In this document: piece after piece, positions 23,533-31,053 of the stretch
Layout of the letters: every line of letters begins with the position of its first letter
How positions within the stretch are numbered: the stretch's first letter is position 1
Assembly: GCA_963698035.1 (NCBI GenBank)
Contig: OY969114.1
Coordinates: 744,854-776,853, forward strand
Origin: Candidatus Saccharimonadota bacterium
GTDB lineage: Archaea; Micrarchaeota; Micrarchaeia; Micrarchaeales; Micrarchaeaceae
Direction: 5' to 3'
Length of the DNA: 32,000 nucleotides
Program-made: the position numbers and the translations under genes
Notes under the pieces: model-generated
The model's database searches: none
What the model was told of the DNA's origin: nothing
The model's input: only the letters and a program-made list of their open reading frames with translations

Positions 23533-24012
23533 ATGAAGATTAGACCGTTGCGATACTCTGATGCAAAAGAAGCTGCAAAACTCTTTGAGGAAACGTTCAA
23601 GCAGCTTACGCGTTACTATATTGCCAAGGAACTGAACATCGGACTAAAGAAATATTCCGCTAAAGGTCTGCAAGAGCACATGAAAGAGGGAAAGTATCTG
23701 TTTAGAGTAGCAGAGGATAGAGGTAAGATAGTTGGAGTTGTTGTGTGTGATTTTCCTGTTCAAGGATTGTGCTGGATAGAGTGGCTGGCAGTCAAGAAAA
23801 GCTATCGACGCAGGGGTGTTGGAAGTATGCTAGCCAGAAGCTTGGAGACACCAGTTCAAGGCAAATGGAACAAAATTATGACCAGAAGCAGAATGGGTAA
23901 CAATCCATCAATCAATCTATTCAGCAAGAAACTGGGTTTCACCAAAGTAGCAACTCTTAGAAGACATACACGCAAGAGGAATGCCTATACTTGGGAAAAG
24001 CAAATAAGCTAA
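23533..24012 (+). CDS. GNAT-family N-acetyltransferase
   Basis: 159 aa with motif A LAVKKSYRRRGVGSMLARSL. GGTGG lies 4 nt before the ATG. Confidence 0.9.
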   Translation: MKIRPLRYSDAKEAAKLFEETFKQLTRYYIAKELNIGLKKYSAKGLQEHMKEGKYLFRVAEDRGKIVGVVVCDFPVQGLCWIEWLAVKKSYRRRGVGSMLARSLETPVQGKWNKIMTRSRMGNNPSINLFSKKLGFTKVATLRRHTRKRNAYTWEKQIS

Positions 24013-24251
24013 GCTAAAGCCAAGCCCCAAGCCCAGAGCATAGAGGGCTAGAGAGAAGAGATTTATAGGGGAATGAGCGCCCCTAGGCGCCTTAGAGATG
24101 GCTAGGGGCCCGGGACAGGCTGGCCGGCAATAGTGCAAACGGAGCGGAAGTATTTACCTCGCTGTTTAGGGATACGCATTTTAATTTAAGCAATCCTAAT
24201 GTTACCGCGACGGACAACGTCCGTCCTGTAAGAGAAAAGGTGCGTGCATAA

Positions 24252-25604
24252 ATGGGGAAATTAAAGGGGATGTCGGCTAGAGGCCTTAGAGCCTACAAAT
24301 TTGTCGTGCAGCGTGCGAAAGCATCAAAGAAGCTCAGCAGAAAAGACAAAAGACTGGTGCTCAAGGCGAATAAAATCATTGCCTCTGAAATCCACAGGTT
24401 TGTCATCGATGACCTAAAGGGCATACGTGCTGAGTCTGTCTTGGAGATAGGATGCGGTGATGGAGGTCTGTTAAGGACGCTCTCCAAGCAGAAGGGATTC
24501 GCGAACTCGCGGCTGTTCGGCATAGACAACTCGCCAGAGGAAATAGTAAAGGCAAGGCGTATGTCCAAGGCTGCAAAATCGGTGCATTATAGTGATGGCA
24601 GGAATGACCGGATCCCACATGCAGGCAAATTTGATTTGATATTCACAGTCCTTTCCTTCCATGAGTGGAAAAAAGGGAACGAGAGCATACCATACATACT
24701 CAGCAGGCTCAATAAGAACGGCTCGTTCCTGATTTATGATACGCCTCCAGTAAAGATAAAAAATCCGAAGCCGCGGAGGAAGGCGGGTATCAGATTTAAA
24801 CTGCAGAAGAACAGCGCATTGATTAAGGCTACCTTTGTTGCACCATCCGCTCCTTCGAGTCTCGTCTTCGATAATAGAACATTTGTTAGATATAGTCGCA
24901 AATGGAGCAAATCTAACAATCCTTATCTTGTAAAATTAAAGAAAAAGTACAAACTGGGAAGACTTGCATCAGTAGATAATGACCAGTACAAAACGCTGAA
25001 AAATTGTGTTAGGTGGGTCCACAGCAGATGGGAACACTCGGGTGTAAACGTCCCAAAGAAAAGCGATACGATTTCGATACTTGATGAGGCAAGAAAGGGC
25101 AAGAGATTCAGATGTGTCGAATACTCAATAGTATTGAACGCATGCCTAACGGCGCTTGGCATAAAGTCCAGGACGATTAATATCATGAAAAAGAGCATAG
25201 AGATGAAAAAGCCCTGCGCCGGGCACGTGATAGTTGAGGCGTATTTGAATGATTATGGGAAATGGGTGATGGCTGACGGGCAGTCCGGTTCCATACCGAT
25301 GTTAAAAGGCATTCCGCTTAATGCTGTGGAGTACCAGAAGGCCATAGTCAATAAAGAACCTCTGAAGATCTGGGGGCATGAAAATAAGGCCGGGAAGGCG
25401 TACACTAAGTGGATATTTCCTTACCTTTTCTACTTCCGAATCTGGCTGGATCCAAAGGTCCTAACCCTTGTCCCGTTAGGTGCGAAGAATCCCAGGAAGT
25501 TCGAGGGAGTTCCGTATCCTCCTAGAAATGTTGCCGTGTATACAAACTCTCTAAGAACGTTCTACGCCAAGCCTCCAAGCCCCCAAGCCTGGGCGGGAGG
25601 CTAG
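24252..25604 (+). CDS. fusion protein: class I SAM methyltransferase + transglutaminase-like cysteine protease fold
   Basis: 450 aa. The N-terminal half has VLEIGCGDGGLL, DLIFTVLSFHEW and LNKNGSFLIYD. The C-terminal half has RFRCVEYSIVLNACLTALGIKSR, GHVIVEAY and WVMADGQ, a Cys-His-Asp transglutaminase-core pattern. Confidence 0.8.
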   Translation: MGKLKGMSARGLRAYKFVVQRAKASKKLSRKDKRLVLKANKIIASEIHRFVIDDLKGIRAESVLEIGCGDGGLLRTLSKQKGFANSRLFGIDNSPEEIVKARRMSKAAKSVHYSDGRNDRIPHAGKFDLIFTVLSFHEWKKGNESIPYILSRLNKNGSFLIYDTPPVKIKNPKPRRKAGIRFKLQKNSALIKATFVAPSAPSSLVFDNRTFVRYSRKWSKSNNPYLVKLKKKYKLGRLASVDNDQYKTLKNCVRWVHSRWEHSGVNVPKKSDTISILDEARKGKRFRCVEYSIVLNACLTALGIKSRTINIMKKSIEMKKPCAGHVIVEAYLNDYGKWVMADGQSGSIPMLKGIPLNAVEYQKAIVNKEPLKIWGHENKAGKAYTKWIFPYLFYFRIWLDPKVLTLVPLGAKNPRKFEGVPYPPRNVAVYTNSLRTFYAKPPSPQAWAGG

Positions 25605-25611
25605 GGATGGG
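25591..25611 (+). other. G-quadruplex-type motif
   Basis: GGGCGGGAGGCTAGGGATGGG. It spans the stop codon of the 24252-25604 gene. Confidence 0.45.
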
Positions 25612-25650
25612 CGTGGCTAGGATTTTAAGGGTTTGGAGAGAAGGTAGGTT

Positions 25651-26133
25651 ATGGCTAGGACATTTAGGCAGAGAATTGGAGCATCGCCATCTATAATCAC
25701 GATTATCTATCTATTTGTAACATTTCTGCTTTTCCTGCTTTCCATTTTAATTAATTCTCTGCTCAGACTTCCTACTCTAGAATCGCCGCTCCTTTTTATT
25801 CTAGGCATTGTGCTTATCGTTGTGGGGCTTTCATTTAGATATTCGTCGCTCAAGCGACTACTAACCATAAATAAAAGTATAGAGTGGCGTTACGTTCCAG
25901 GCAAGCTCATTAAAGACGGGGTGTTCAGATATTCCAGGAACCCCACATACCTGGGCATTCTACTAATGTTCCTGGGCGCACTTCTGCTTGTCATCAATTT
26001 ACCCATGCTGATCGTACTTATTATAGCCTTCGCGGTGTTTAACCGTCAAGTATCTTATGAAGAAAAAGTGATAGCCAAGAGGTTCGGCAAAGAGTATTCT
26101 GCGTATAAAAAGAAAACGCGCAGGTGGCTGTAA
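25651..26133 (+). CDS. isoprenylcysteine carboxyl methyltransferase (ICMT/PEMT-like) family membrane protein
   Basis: 160 aa with GVFRYSRNPTYLGILLMFLG and EEKVIAKRFGKEYSAYKKKTRRWL. ATG lies 30 nt after GATTTTAAGG. Confidence 0.85.
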   Translation: MARTFRQRIGASPSIITIIYLFVTFLLFLLSILINSLLRLPTLESPLLFILGIVLIVVGLSFRYSSLKRLLTINKSIEWRYVPGKLIKDGVFRYSRNPTYLGILLMFLGALLLVINLPMLIVLIIAFAVFNRQVSYEEKVIAKRFGKEYSAYKKKTRRWL

Positions 26134-26184
26134 GGATATATTACAGGAATATCTTGGTCTACAAAAAGTTTAAGTTAGGCCCTA

Positions 26185-26217
26185 GGGCGGGAGGCTGGGG
26201 AGGGAGAGGGGCTAGGG
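26185..26217 (+). other. G-quadruplex-type motif
   Basis: GGGCGGGAGGCTGGGGAGGGAGAGGGGCTAGGG: six runs of at least three G. Confidence 0.5.
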
Positions 26218-26284
26218 AAGGCCTGTCTGGCTCTGGAAAGCTAAGGAATAAATCTTCTATTATCATACACTTTAAGCGATACTT

Positions 26285-27061
26285 ATGAGTGTTAGAATTA
26301 TTTCGCTAAATATATGGGGAGGTAGACGCAGAACTGATTTGCTAGATTTTATTGAAAGAAAATCTAAAGATATAGACATATTTTGCTTCCAAGAAGTGCT
26401 GAACAAGAAAGTGAGCAAAGCTATAGAGCGTGAAAAGCTAAAATATTCCGGTGGCAAGTACCATGAAACACCGTACATCTACAAAGATCTATGTCGTGTT
26501 CTAAAAGGCTTCGATAATCGCACATCTAAAAGCACCAACACGGGCGGCGAAAAGCTTGGAATATTTGTAAGGAAGGGGCTTGCCATAAAAAGGTTGCTCG
26601 AAGTGGCTACGGATCCGTATAAGGTCAAGGTATATGATAGAAAGTTCGTGGTTAGGAGCATGATCCAAGTAGCGACCATAGAGAAAGATGGCAAGGAATT
26701 CAATATAATAAACATCCACGGCCTCTGGCAAGGCGGTGGCAAAAAGGATACCCCAGAAAGAATAAAGCAATCGGCCCTGCTAATAAAGCTGATAAACAAA
26801 GTTGATAGAAAAAAGCTTGTGCTTTGTGGCGATTTTAACCTAGAGCCAAATACCAAGAGCATAGGGATGCTTGATGGAATACTAAGGGATTTGATTAAAG
26901 AGAATAATATCAAAACAACAAGGAACAAGCTTTACACTCATATATTGAAAGGTAAATTCGCGGATTACACATTTGTGTCAAAAGACATCAAGGTGAAGAG
27001 GTTCAAGGTGCTGAAGGACATGGTCTCCGACCACATGCCCATGTACATAGAAGCTGAGTAG
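26285..27061 (+). CDS. endonuclease/exonuclease/phosphatase (EEP) family protein
   Basis: 258 aa with SLNIWGG, FCFQEV, NIHGLW, GDFNLEP and SDHMPM. Confidence 0.9.
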   Translation: MSVRIISLNIWGGRRRTDLLDFIERKSKDIDIFCFQEVLNKKVSKAIEREKLKYSGGKYHETPYIYKDLCRVLKGFDNRTSKSTNTGGEKLGIFVRKGLAIKRLLEVATDPYKVKVYDRKFVVRSMIQVATIEKDGKEFNIINIHGLWQGGGKKDTPERIKQSALLIKLINKVDRKKLVLCGDFNLEPNTKSIGMLDGILRDLIKENNIKTTRNKLYTHILKGKFADYTFVSKDIKVKRFKVLKDMVSDHMPMYIEAE

Positions 27062-27134
27062 CCTAGCTAAGCCCTCCAAGCCCCCAGGCCCTAGAGAAGG
27101 GGAGCTATTCTGGGCGCCCTGGAGCTTTAGAGAT

Positions 27135-27156
27135 CCCCACGCTAGCGTGCGTGGGG
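27135..27156 (+). other. conserved GC stem-loop, copy 2
   Basis: AGAGAT-CCCCACGC-TAGCGT-GCGTGGGG-GCC, with an 8-bp stem. Compare 23451-23472. Confidence 0.6.
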
Positions 27157-27182
27157 GCCTTGAGAGAAGCTCTCCCGAAAAC

Positions 27183-27191
27183 ATAAATATC
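27183..27191 (+). promoter_or_regulatory. BRE/TATA promoter box ATAAATATC
   Basis: CCGAAAAC-ATAAATATC-TGAACGCGCAACGGATTTACC-ATG, 30 nt before ATG 27213. Confidence 0.6.
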
Positions 27192-27212
27192 TGAACGCGC
27201 AACGGATTTACC

Positions 27213-27635
27213 ATGGCAAACGTAGTACTCGTATCCTGTGGCAAGCACAAGCTAGATCACAGTGCTAAGGCGGCAGAACTCTATATCGGCCCGCTCTTCA
27301 CTGCAAGTATGCAATATGCGAGAACATTGAATCCAGATAGGATATTCATTCTATCGGCTAAGCACGGGCTGCTCGGGCTTGAAACTGTCATAGAACCCTA
27401 TGATGTTACACTGGACGGTAAGGATGAAGCAGTGCAAAAAGCTTGGGCTAAGAAAGTCTTAGCACGCCTAGCTAGCGAAACAAGCTTGACCGGAGACCGC
27501 TTTACAATCTTAGCCGGAGAGAACTACTACAAATATTTAACCCCTCATCTCCGCACTTGTGAGATTCCGATGCGCGGGCTAACAATCGAGGAACAATTGC
27601 AGTTCCTTAGGGCCAGGTTACGACAGTCAGCTTGA
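27213..27635 (+). CDS. conserved hypothetical protein (possibly DUF6884-like)
   Basis: 140 aa with VLVSCGKHK, IFILSAKHGLL and IEPYD. I recall this pattern from an uncharacterised family but cannot verify the family name. Confidence 0.65.
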   Translation: MANVVLVSCGKHKLDHSAKAAELYIGPLFTASMQYARTLNPDRIFILSAKHGLLGLETVIEPYDVTLDGKDEAVQKAWAKKVLARLASETSLTGDRFTILAGENYYKYLTPHLRTCEIPMRGLTIEEQLQFLRARLRQSA

Positions 27636-27660
27636 GCTCAAGCCTCAAGCCCAAGCCCCA
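27636..27660 (+). repeat. AAGCCN hexamer tract
   Basis: GCTCAAGCCTCAAGCCCAAGCCCCA. It starts directly after the TGA stop at 27633-27635. Confidence 0.6.
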
Positions 27661-27666
27661 GGCCCC

Positions 27667-27704
27667 GGGCCCGGGCGGGAGGGGGAGAGGGAGAGCAGGG
27701 CGGG
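27667..27704 (+). other. G-quadruplex-type motif
   Basis: GGGCCCGGGCGGGAGGGGGAGAGGGAGAGCAGGGCGGG: seven runs of at least three G in 38 nt. Confidence 0.5.
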
Positions 27705-27714
27705 AGGCTAGACC

Positions 27715-27993
27715 CTAGGCACCAGGCTCATAAATATTATCATGATGGTCATAATCCTCTATGATTACGACTTTCCTAGCTTCATCTATAGAATAAGTTA
27801 GTACAAAGCTCTTGTCTATATGGACGGCTCTTATCCCCTGCATAGGTTTATTGAGCGGCTTGAATCTATAAGGATCTTCTAGTATCTGAGCCAGCTTCTT
27901 TCTAATAATCAGTAATTGCATGTGGCTTTTCTTTTCCATCTTCTTGAAGAGCTTTTGTACGTGTTCTCTCATTTCGTAGGTATAGGCTACCAT
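27715..27993 (-). CDS. relE: RelE/YoeB-like toxin (archaeal RelE type)
   Basis: 92 aa. The segment KLAQILEDPYRFKPLNKPMQGIRAVHIDKSFVLTYSIDEARKVVIIEDYDHHDNIY shows the RelE-superfamily pattern. Confidence 0.85.
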   Translation of the reverse strand: MVAYTYEMREHVQKLFKKMEKKSHMQLLIIRKKLAQILEDPYRFKPLNKPMQGIRAVHIDKSFVLTYSIDEARKVVIIEDYDHHDNIYEPGA

Positions 27994-28003
27994 GCCAATC
28001 TAC

Positions 28004-28246
28004 CTACTTGATATTGAACATTCTGTCAAAATCCTTCATGCTGCCTACGCGCACGGTCTTCTCCCTAGCTATCTTCTCGAGTTTCTTTAGGTAAGAGGCC
28101 TTAATCCTAGGCTCAAAAACGAGCGTTTCGTATTCTTTAGCCATCGCATCTATAGCCTGCGACTTGTCCTTTAGACCGTACGAGGCCTTAATTACATTAA
28201 GTATCCTGTTAGCATTATCGCTTATGTCCACTATAGCTTTAACCAT
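28004..28246 (-). CDS. antitoxin partner of RelE (DUF2683-like by eye)
   Basis: 80 aa beginning MVKAIVDISDNANRILNVIKASYGLKDKSQAIDAMAKEYE. It sits 10 nt upstream of the toxin gene. A TATA box read on the minus strand lies at 28276-28286. Confidence 0.8.
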   Translation of the reverse strand: MVKAIVDISDNANRILNVIKASYGLKDKSQAIDAMAKEYETLVFEPRIKASYLKKLEKIAREKTVRVGSMKDFDRMFNIK

Positions 28247-28295
28247 ATTAACACCATATCAATACAGCGCTAATAGATATAAATAGCTTGTGGTA

Positions 28296-28386
28296 GCCAA
28301 GCCCTCCCCTCCGCCAGATCCCTAGCAAGGCCCCGGGAGGCGAGCGAGCCGGGAGGCGAGCGGGGAGAGGGGGAGAGGGGCTCGGG
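28296..28386 (+). repeat. GC-rich spacer repeat family, copy A
   Basis: GCCAAGCCCTCCCCTCCGCCAGATCCCTAGCAAGGCCCCGGGAGGCGAGCGAGCCGGGAGGCGAGCGGGGAGAGGGGGAGAGGGGCTCGGG. It has an internal tandem GGGAGGCGAGCGAGCC and ends in a canonical G4 motif at 28362-28386. Confidence 0.75.
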
Positions 28387-28459
28387 ATGGCCCTGGGAGG
28401 GAGGCTATGGTTAAAGCCTTAAATTCCTTGTTATGGAGAAGTAAGCTAGAAGTGCTCTT

Positions 28460-29326
28460 ATGTATTTACCCATACTAGCTGGCCTTGTTGCTGCGCTATT
28501 TTGGGGGCTATCCGATTATCTTATTACTAAGCCAACAAGAGCTCTTGGGCAGTATAGGACAACAGCTTACGCTATGCTATTTAGTACGATAGTTCTCCTG
28601 CCGTTTCTGTTGCTTACTGGAATCAATCTTCACATTAGCCCATTGGTGTTGTTATTGGCTATTTTGTCATCAATAGGTGCGTTCGTAGGCTTCTTTTTCG
28701 CTTATAGGGCGTACAAGATTGGCGATCTTTCAATTACTGCACCTATAGTTGGCTCCTATCCAGCTATCATAGTCTTGGGCTCTGTGCTAATCCTTGGAGA
28801 CAAGCTAACTCTTGTAGAGATCGCTTCCATAATCACCATAATAGTTGGAATAATACTGGTGTCAACGAGATTGAGCTCATTCAAGCATAAGCGAAAGCTG
28901 GTCGTAGCTGGAGTGGGGAGCGCTTTAATCGCAATGCTATTTCTTGGCACACCTGGTATTTTTGCTGGCGCTTACACTGTAATCATAGGCTTTGTTTTGC
29001 TGAGCCTAATGTGGAGGAGCATAACTAGCGCCAGCGGGTTTATAACCGGACACTTTGCAAAGCAGGACATGCGCCTGCCAGCAAAACGCTATCTGCTACC
29101 CATAATTGGCGCAGGGGTAACAGACGCATTTGCGGTACTAGCATTTTTGTATGCAGTCCAAGTTAAGAGCTCAACGCTTCCAATAATATCTGCTATATCG
29201 GGCTTTGCTGGTGCTGTTACTGTGATATGTGCCTTTATCCTGCTCAAAGAAAGGCCAGAAAAGAACCAGTGGCTTGGCATTACGCTTGCAGTCATAGGTG
29301 TTATTGCTCTCTCTTACTTTGCCTAG
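28460..29326 (+). CDS. EamA/DMT-superfamily transporter
   Basis: 288 aa with ten hydrophobic helices in two EamA-like halves. Confidence 0.88.
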   Translation: MYLPILAGLVAALFWGLSDYLITKPTRALGQYRTTAYAMLFSTIVLLPFLLLTGINLHISPLVLLLAILSSIGAFVGFFFAYRAYKIGDLSITAPIVGSYPAIIVLGSVLILGDKLTLVEIASIITIIVGIILVSTRLSSFKHKRKLVVAGVGSALIAMLFLGTPGIFAGAYTVIIGFVLLSLMWRSITSASGFITGHFAKQDMRLPAKRYLLPIIGAGVTDAFAVLAFLYAVQVKSSTLPIISAISGFAGAVTVICAFILLKERPEKNQWLGITLAVIGVIALSYFA

Positions 29327-29344
29327 CTAAGCCTAGCTTCTAAG

Positions 29345-29395
29345 CCCAAGCCCTCCACCCAGATCCCTAGCAAGCCCTGGAGGGCGGGAGAGAGA
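29345..29395 (+). repeat. GC-rich spacer repeat family, copy B (short)
   Basis: CCCAAGCCCTCCACCCAGATCCCTAGCAAGCCCTGGAGGGCGGGAGAGAGA. It lies between convergent genes and is in the same orientation as copy A. Confidence 0.7.
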
Positions 29396-29398
29396 AAG

Positions 29399-29719
29399 CT
29401 AGGAGAGCTTTAGGTCACTAACACTCTGTATGTCATCGAAATCACTATCATTAGTCGATAGCGGTTCGTCCTTATTTATGCAGATTGCGGCTATAATAAG
29501 ATCTGCCGAGCCTTTCATACGGCCTATTTTCCTTAATTTATTCTGCAACTCTACAGCAAAGTTGAGGTCTCCCGCTTCAGGATAAAATATCTTGCCGTAA
29601 AAATACTTGTACTCCAGAATCATCGGGTACTCTATTACTGTTATTATTGTAGTATTCTCATGAATAGCCTTCCCTTCGGATACCCTTTCAAGCACCAAAT
29701 TGGTGTCAATAACAGTCAT
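29399..29719 (-). CDS. vapC: PIN-domain VapC toxin
   Basis: 106 aa with VIDTNLV, SADLIIAAICI and LSTNDSDFDD, the acidic PIN residues. Confidence 0.85.
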   Translation of the reverse strand: MTVIDTNLVLERVSEGKAIHENTTIITVIEYPMILEYKYFYGKIFYPEAGDLNFAVELQNKLRKIGRMKGSADLIIAAICINKDEPLSTNDSDFDDIQSVSDLKLS

Positions 29720-29732
29720 AAACGAGACACCT

Positions 29733-29891
29733 TTATGCTGGTTGCTTTATTCTAGTAATGAGCCTGTGCTTTTCTTGTTCTCTTAAACTAGCTATCGCTG
29801 CCTTTTCAAATTCCGATATCGATATCTTCTTCTTAAGCCTTTTAATCCCGAGCATCTTTCGCAAGGCTTCGACAGTGCTTGACTTTACCAT
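29733..29891 (-). CDS. vapB: putative VapB-type antitoxin (52 aa, below the track cutoff)
   Basis: Hand translation gives MVKSSTVEALRKMLGIKRLKKKISISEFEKAAIASLREQEKHRLITRIKQPA. It ends 13 nt before the vapC start. On the minus strand it is preceded by TTTATTATATC and a GTGATGCT-ATG motif. Confidence 0.55.
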   Translation of the reverse strand: MVKSSTVEALRKMLGIKRLKKKISISEFEKAAIASLREQEKHRLITRIKQPA

Positions 29892-29945
29892 AGCATCACA
29901 TAATACCTAGCACCTCTAAGATATAATAAACCTAGCTTACTTTTA

Positions 29946-30003
29946 GCCAAAGCCCCGGAGGGCGAGCGAGCCGGGAGGCGAGCGTGGAGAGGGGGGCGTG
30001 GGA
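29946..30003 (+). repeat. GC-rich spacer repeat family, copy C (partial)
   Basis: GCCAAAGCCCCGGAGGGCGAGCGAGCCGGGAGGCGAGCGTGGAGAGGGGGGCGTGGG. It lies between divergent genes and is in the same orientation as copies A, B and D. Confidence 0.7.
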
Positions 30004-30020
30004 AGCGCTCGTTGAAAAGT

Positions 30021-30029
30021 ATATATATC
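30021..30029 (+). promoter_or_regulatory. BRE/TATA promoter box ATATATATC (with leader module)
   Basis: TGAAAAGT-ATATATATC-ATAAAAATGCATAAGCTTTGTTGAT-ATGCCA, 34 nt before ATG 30055. Confidence 0.55.
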
Positions 30030-30054
30030 ATAAAAATGCATAAGCTTTGTTGAT

Positions 30055-30345
30055 ATGCCAACTAGCTCTGTATCAACTATGTGCAGATCGTGGGCTGAGA
30101 GTGATGTAAAGCTACTCATGCGCACATTGAAGGAAGCTCGCTCAGATGGCTTTAGAAGTTCTTCTCCTAACGAGGTGCACACGAAGCTAAACCACTACAT
30201 GGAACCGCTTGCTAGATTATTTGATAAATATAGTACGCCAGCAGATGACAGAGAAGCTGTGAAAGATGCGGTAATTGGAGAACTACAGGCTGGCTATCGA
30301 AGAGAGATTGTAGATAGCGCCAAGCCACGACGCTTCGAATCCTAA
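30055..30345 (+). CDS. hypothetical protein
   Basis: 96 aa with an ATGCCA start behind the leader module. No motif recognised. Confidence 0.55.
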   Translation: MPTSSVSTMCRSWAESDVKLLMRTLKEARSDGFRSSSPNEVHTKLNHYMEPLARLFDKYSTPADDREAVKDAVIGELQAGYRREIVDSAKPRRFES

Positions 30346-30360
30346 CCACGCTAAGCACCA

Positions 30361-30448
30361 AGCCAAGCCCTCCACCAGATACCTAGCAAGGCCCCGGAGG
30401 GAGCCGGGAGGGCGAGCGAGCCTGGAGGGCGAGCGGGGGAGAGGGGCT
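30361..30448 (+). repeat. GC-rich spacer repeat family, copy D
   Basis: AGCCAAGCCCTCCACCAGATACCTAGCAAGGCCCCGGAGGGAGCCGGGAGGGCGAGCGAGCCTGGAGGGCGAGCGGGGGAGAGGGGCT. Confidence 0.75.
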
Positions 30449-30486
30449 ATCACAAAGGCTTTATTTCTATTCCGAGCTATGGAAGT

Positions 30487-30831
30487 ATGAAGCACCTTAA
30501 CCTAGAAGAGATTGTAGAAATGAATAAAGCAGTGGGTGCTACCGGAGCGCTAGTTAATAAGGGTAATCTAGAGTTTGTGCTAGCTAGCATCAAAGATTCA
30601 AAAAATATTGTAAGGTGTGCTGCTGCTATACTGCACGGAATAATAACGCTTCACGCCTTTCTTGATGGAAACAAGCGTACAGCATTCATGGCTATGGTAA
30701 CCTTTCTCAGAATAAATGGCAAGAGCATAAAGATGAGTGAAAAAGAGGCTGAAAGGCTAGTGAGCGACATAGCAATGGATAAGTATAATAAGGATAAAGT
30801 TGAAAATATTATTGAAAAGCTGATAGCATGA
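30487..30831 (+). CDS. doc: Doc (death-on-curing) Fic-fold toxin
   Basis: 114 aa with the Fic/Doc motif HAFLDGNKRTAF. Confidence 0.9.
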   Translation: MKHLNLEEIVEMNKAVGATGALVNKGNLEFVLASIKDSKNIVRCAAAILHGIITLHAFLDGNKRTAFMAMVTFLRINGKSIKMSEKEAERLVSDIAMDKYNKDKVENIIEKLIA

Positions 30832-30944
30832 GAGCGTTCGTAAAGAAGGCGTTTGAAAAAGAGCTAGCAGAATGGAAGGCTCTGATAAAAGCACTAGCTT
30901 CAGAAAGACTAGCGCATGCCATGCAGAAACAGAAGATGAGATAA
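30828..30944 (+). CDS. possible small partner protein of Doc (38 aa)
   Basis: Hand-found ORF MRAFVKKAFEKELAEWKALIKALASERLAHAMQKQKMR. Its ATG overlaps the doc stop (ATGA). Positional evidence only. Confidence 0.35.
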   Translation: MRAFVKKAFEKELAEWKALIKALASERLAHAMQKQKMR

Positions 30945-31017
30945 TACTATTTTTAAGAGCCTAAAGCCCTAAGCCCATAGGAGGCGCCTGGGGGCGCGGG
31001 GGAGGAGAGGGTAGGTA

Positions 31018-31026
31018 ATAAATATC
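31018..31026 (+). promoter_or_regulatory. BRE/TATA promoter box ATAAATATC (with shared leader module)
   Basis: ATAAATATC-TAAATAAAGCTAGAATCGTGTGATAGA-TTG-GCA. It aligns with the 17223 module and places a TTG start at 31054. Confidence 0.6.
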
Positions 31027-31053
31027 TAAATAAAGCTAGAATCGTGTGATAGA

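Noticed and set aside
23364-23600. N-terminal extension of the 507-aa track ORF (start at 23600)
   Set aside because: The extension would overlap the start of the well-supported GNAT gene on the other strand (23533) and cross that gene's promoter region. The recognisable tunnel-domain sequence begins later. The start was moved to TTG 23363, with ATG 23297 as an alternative, and it remains uncertain.
26479-26928. 149-aa minus-strand ORF
   Set aside because: It is antisense to the EEP-family gene, which carries all the family motifs, so it is a shadow ORF.
27636-30448. Bona fide integron attC sites
   Set aside because: I found no consistent RYYYAAC / GTTRRRY core pairs at the repeat ends; only isolated chance matches occur, such as GCCTAAC at 14262 and GTTAGGC at 26174. 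There is no integron integrase in the window, and housekeeping genes (amt, guaB) are flanked by related modules. I kept this as an analogy in the findings, not as an annotation.
29943-30495. Minus-strand ORFs 29943-30182 and 30283-30495
   Set aside because: They are translations of the GC-rich spacer repeats (Pro/Ser/Arg/Gly low complexity such as PPSPRSPPGS). They also overlap the better-supported + strand gene 30055-30345 and its promoter.
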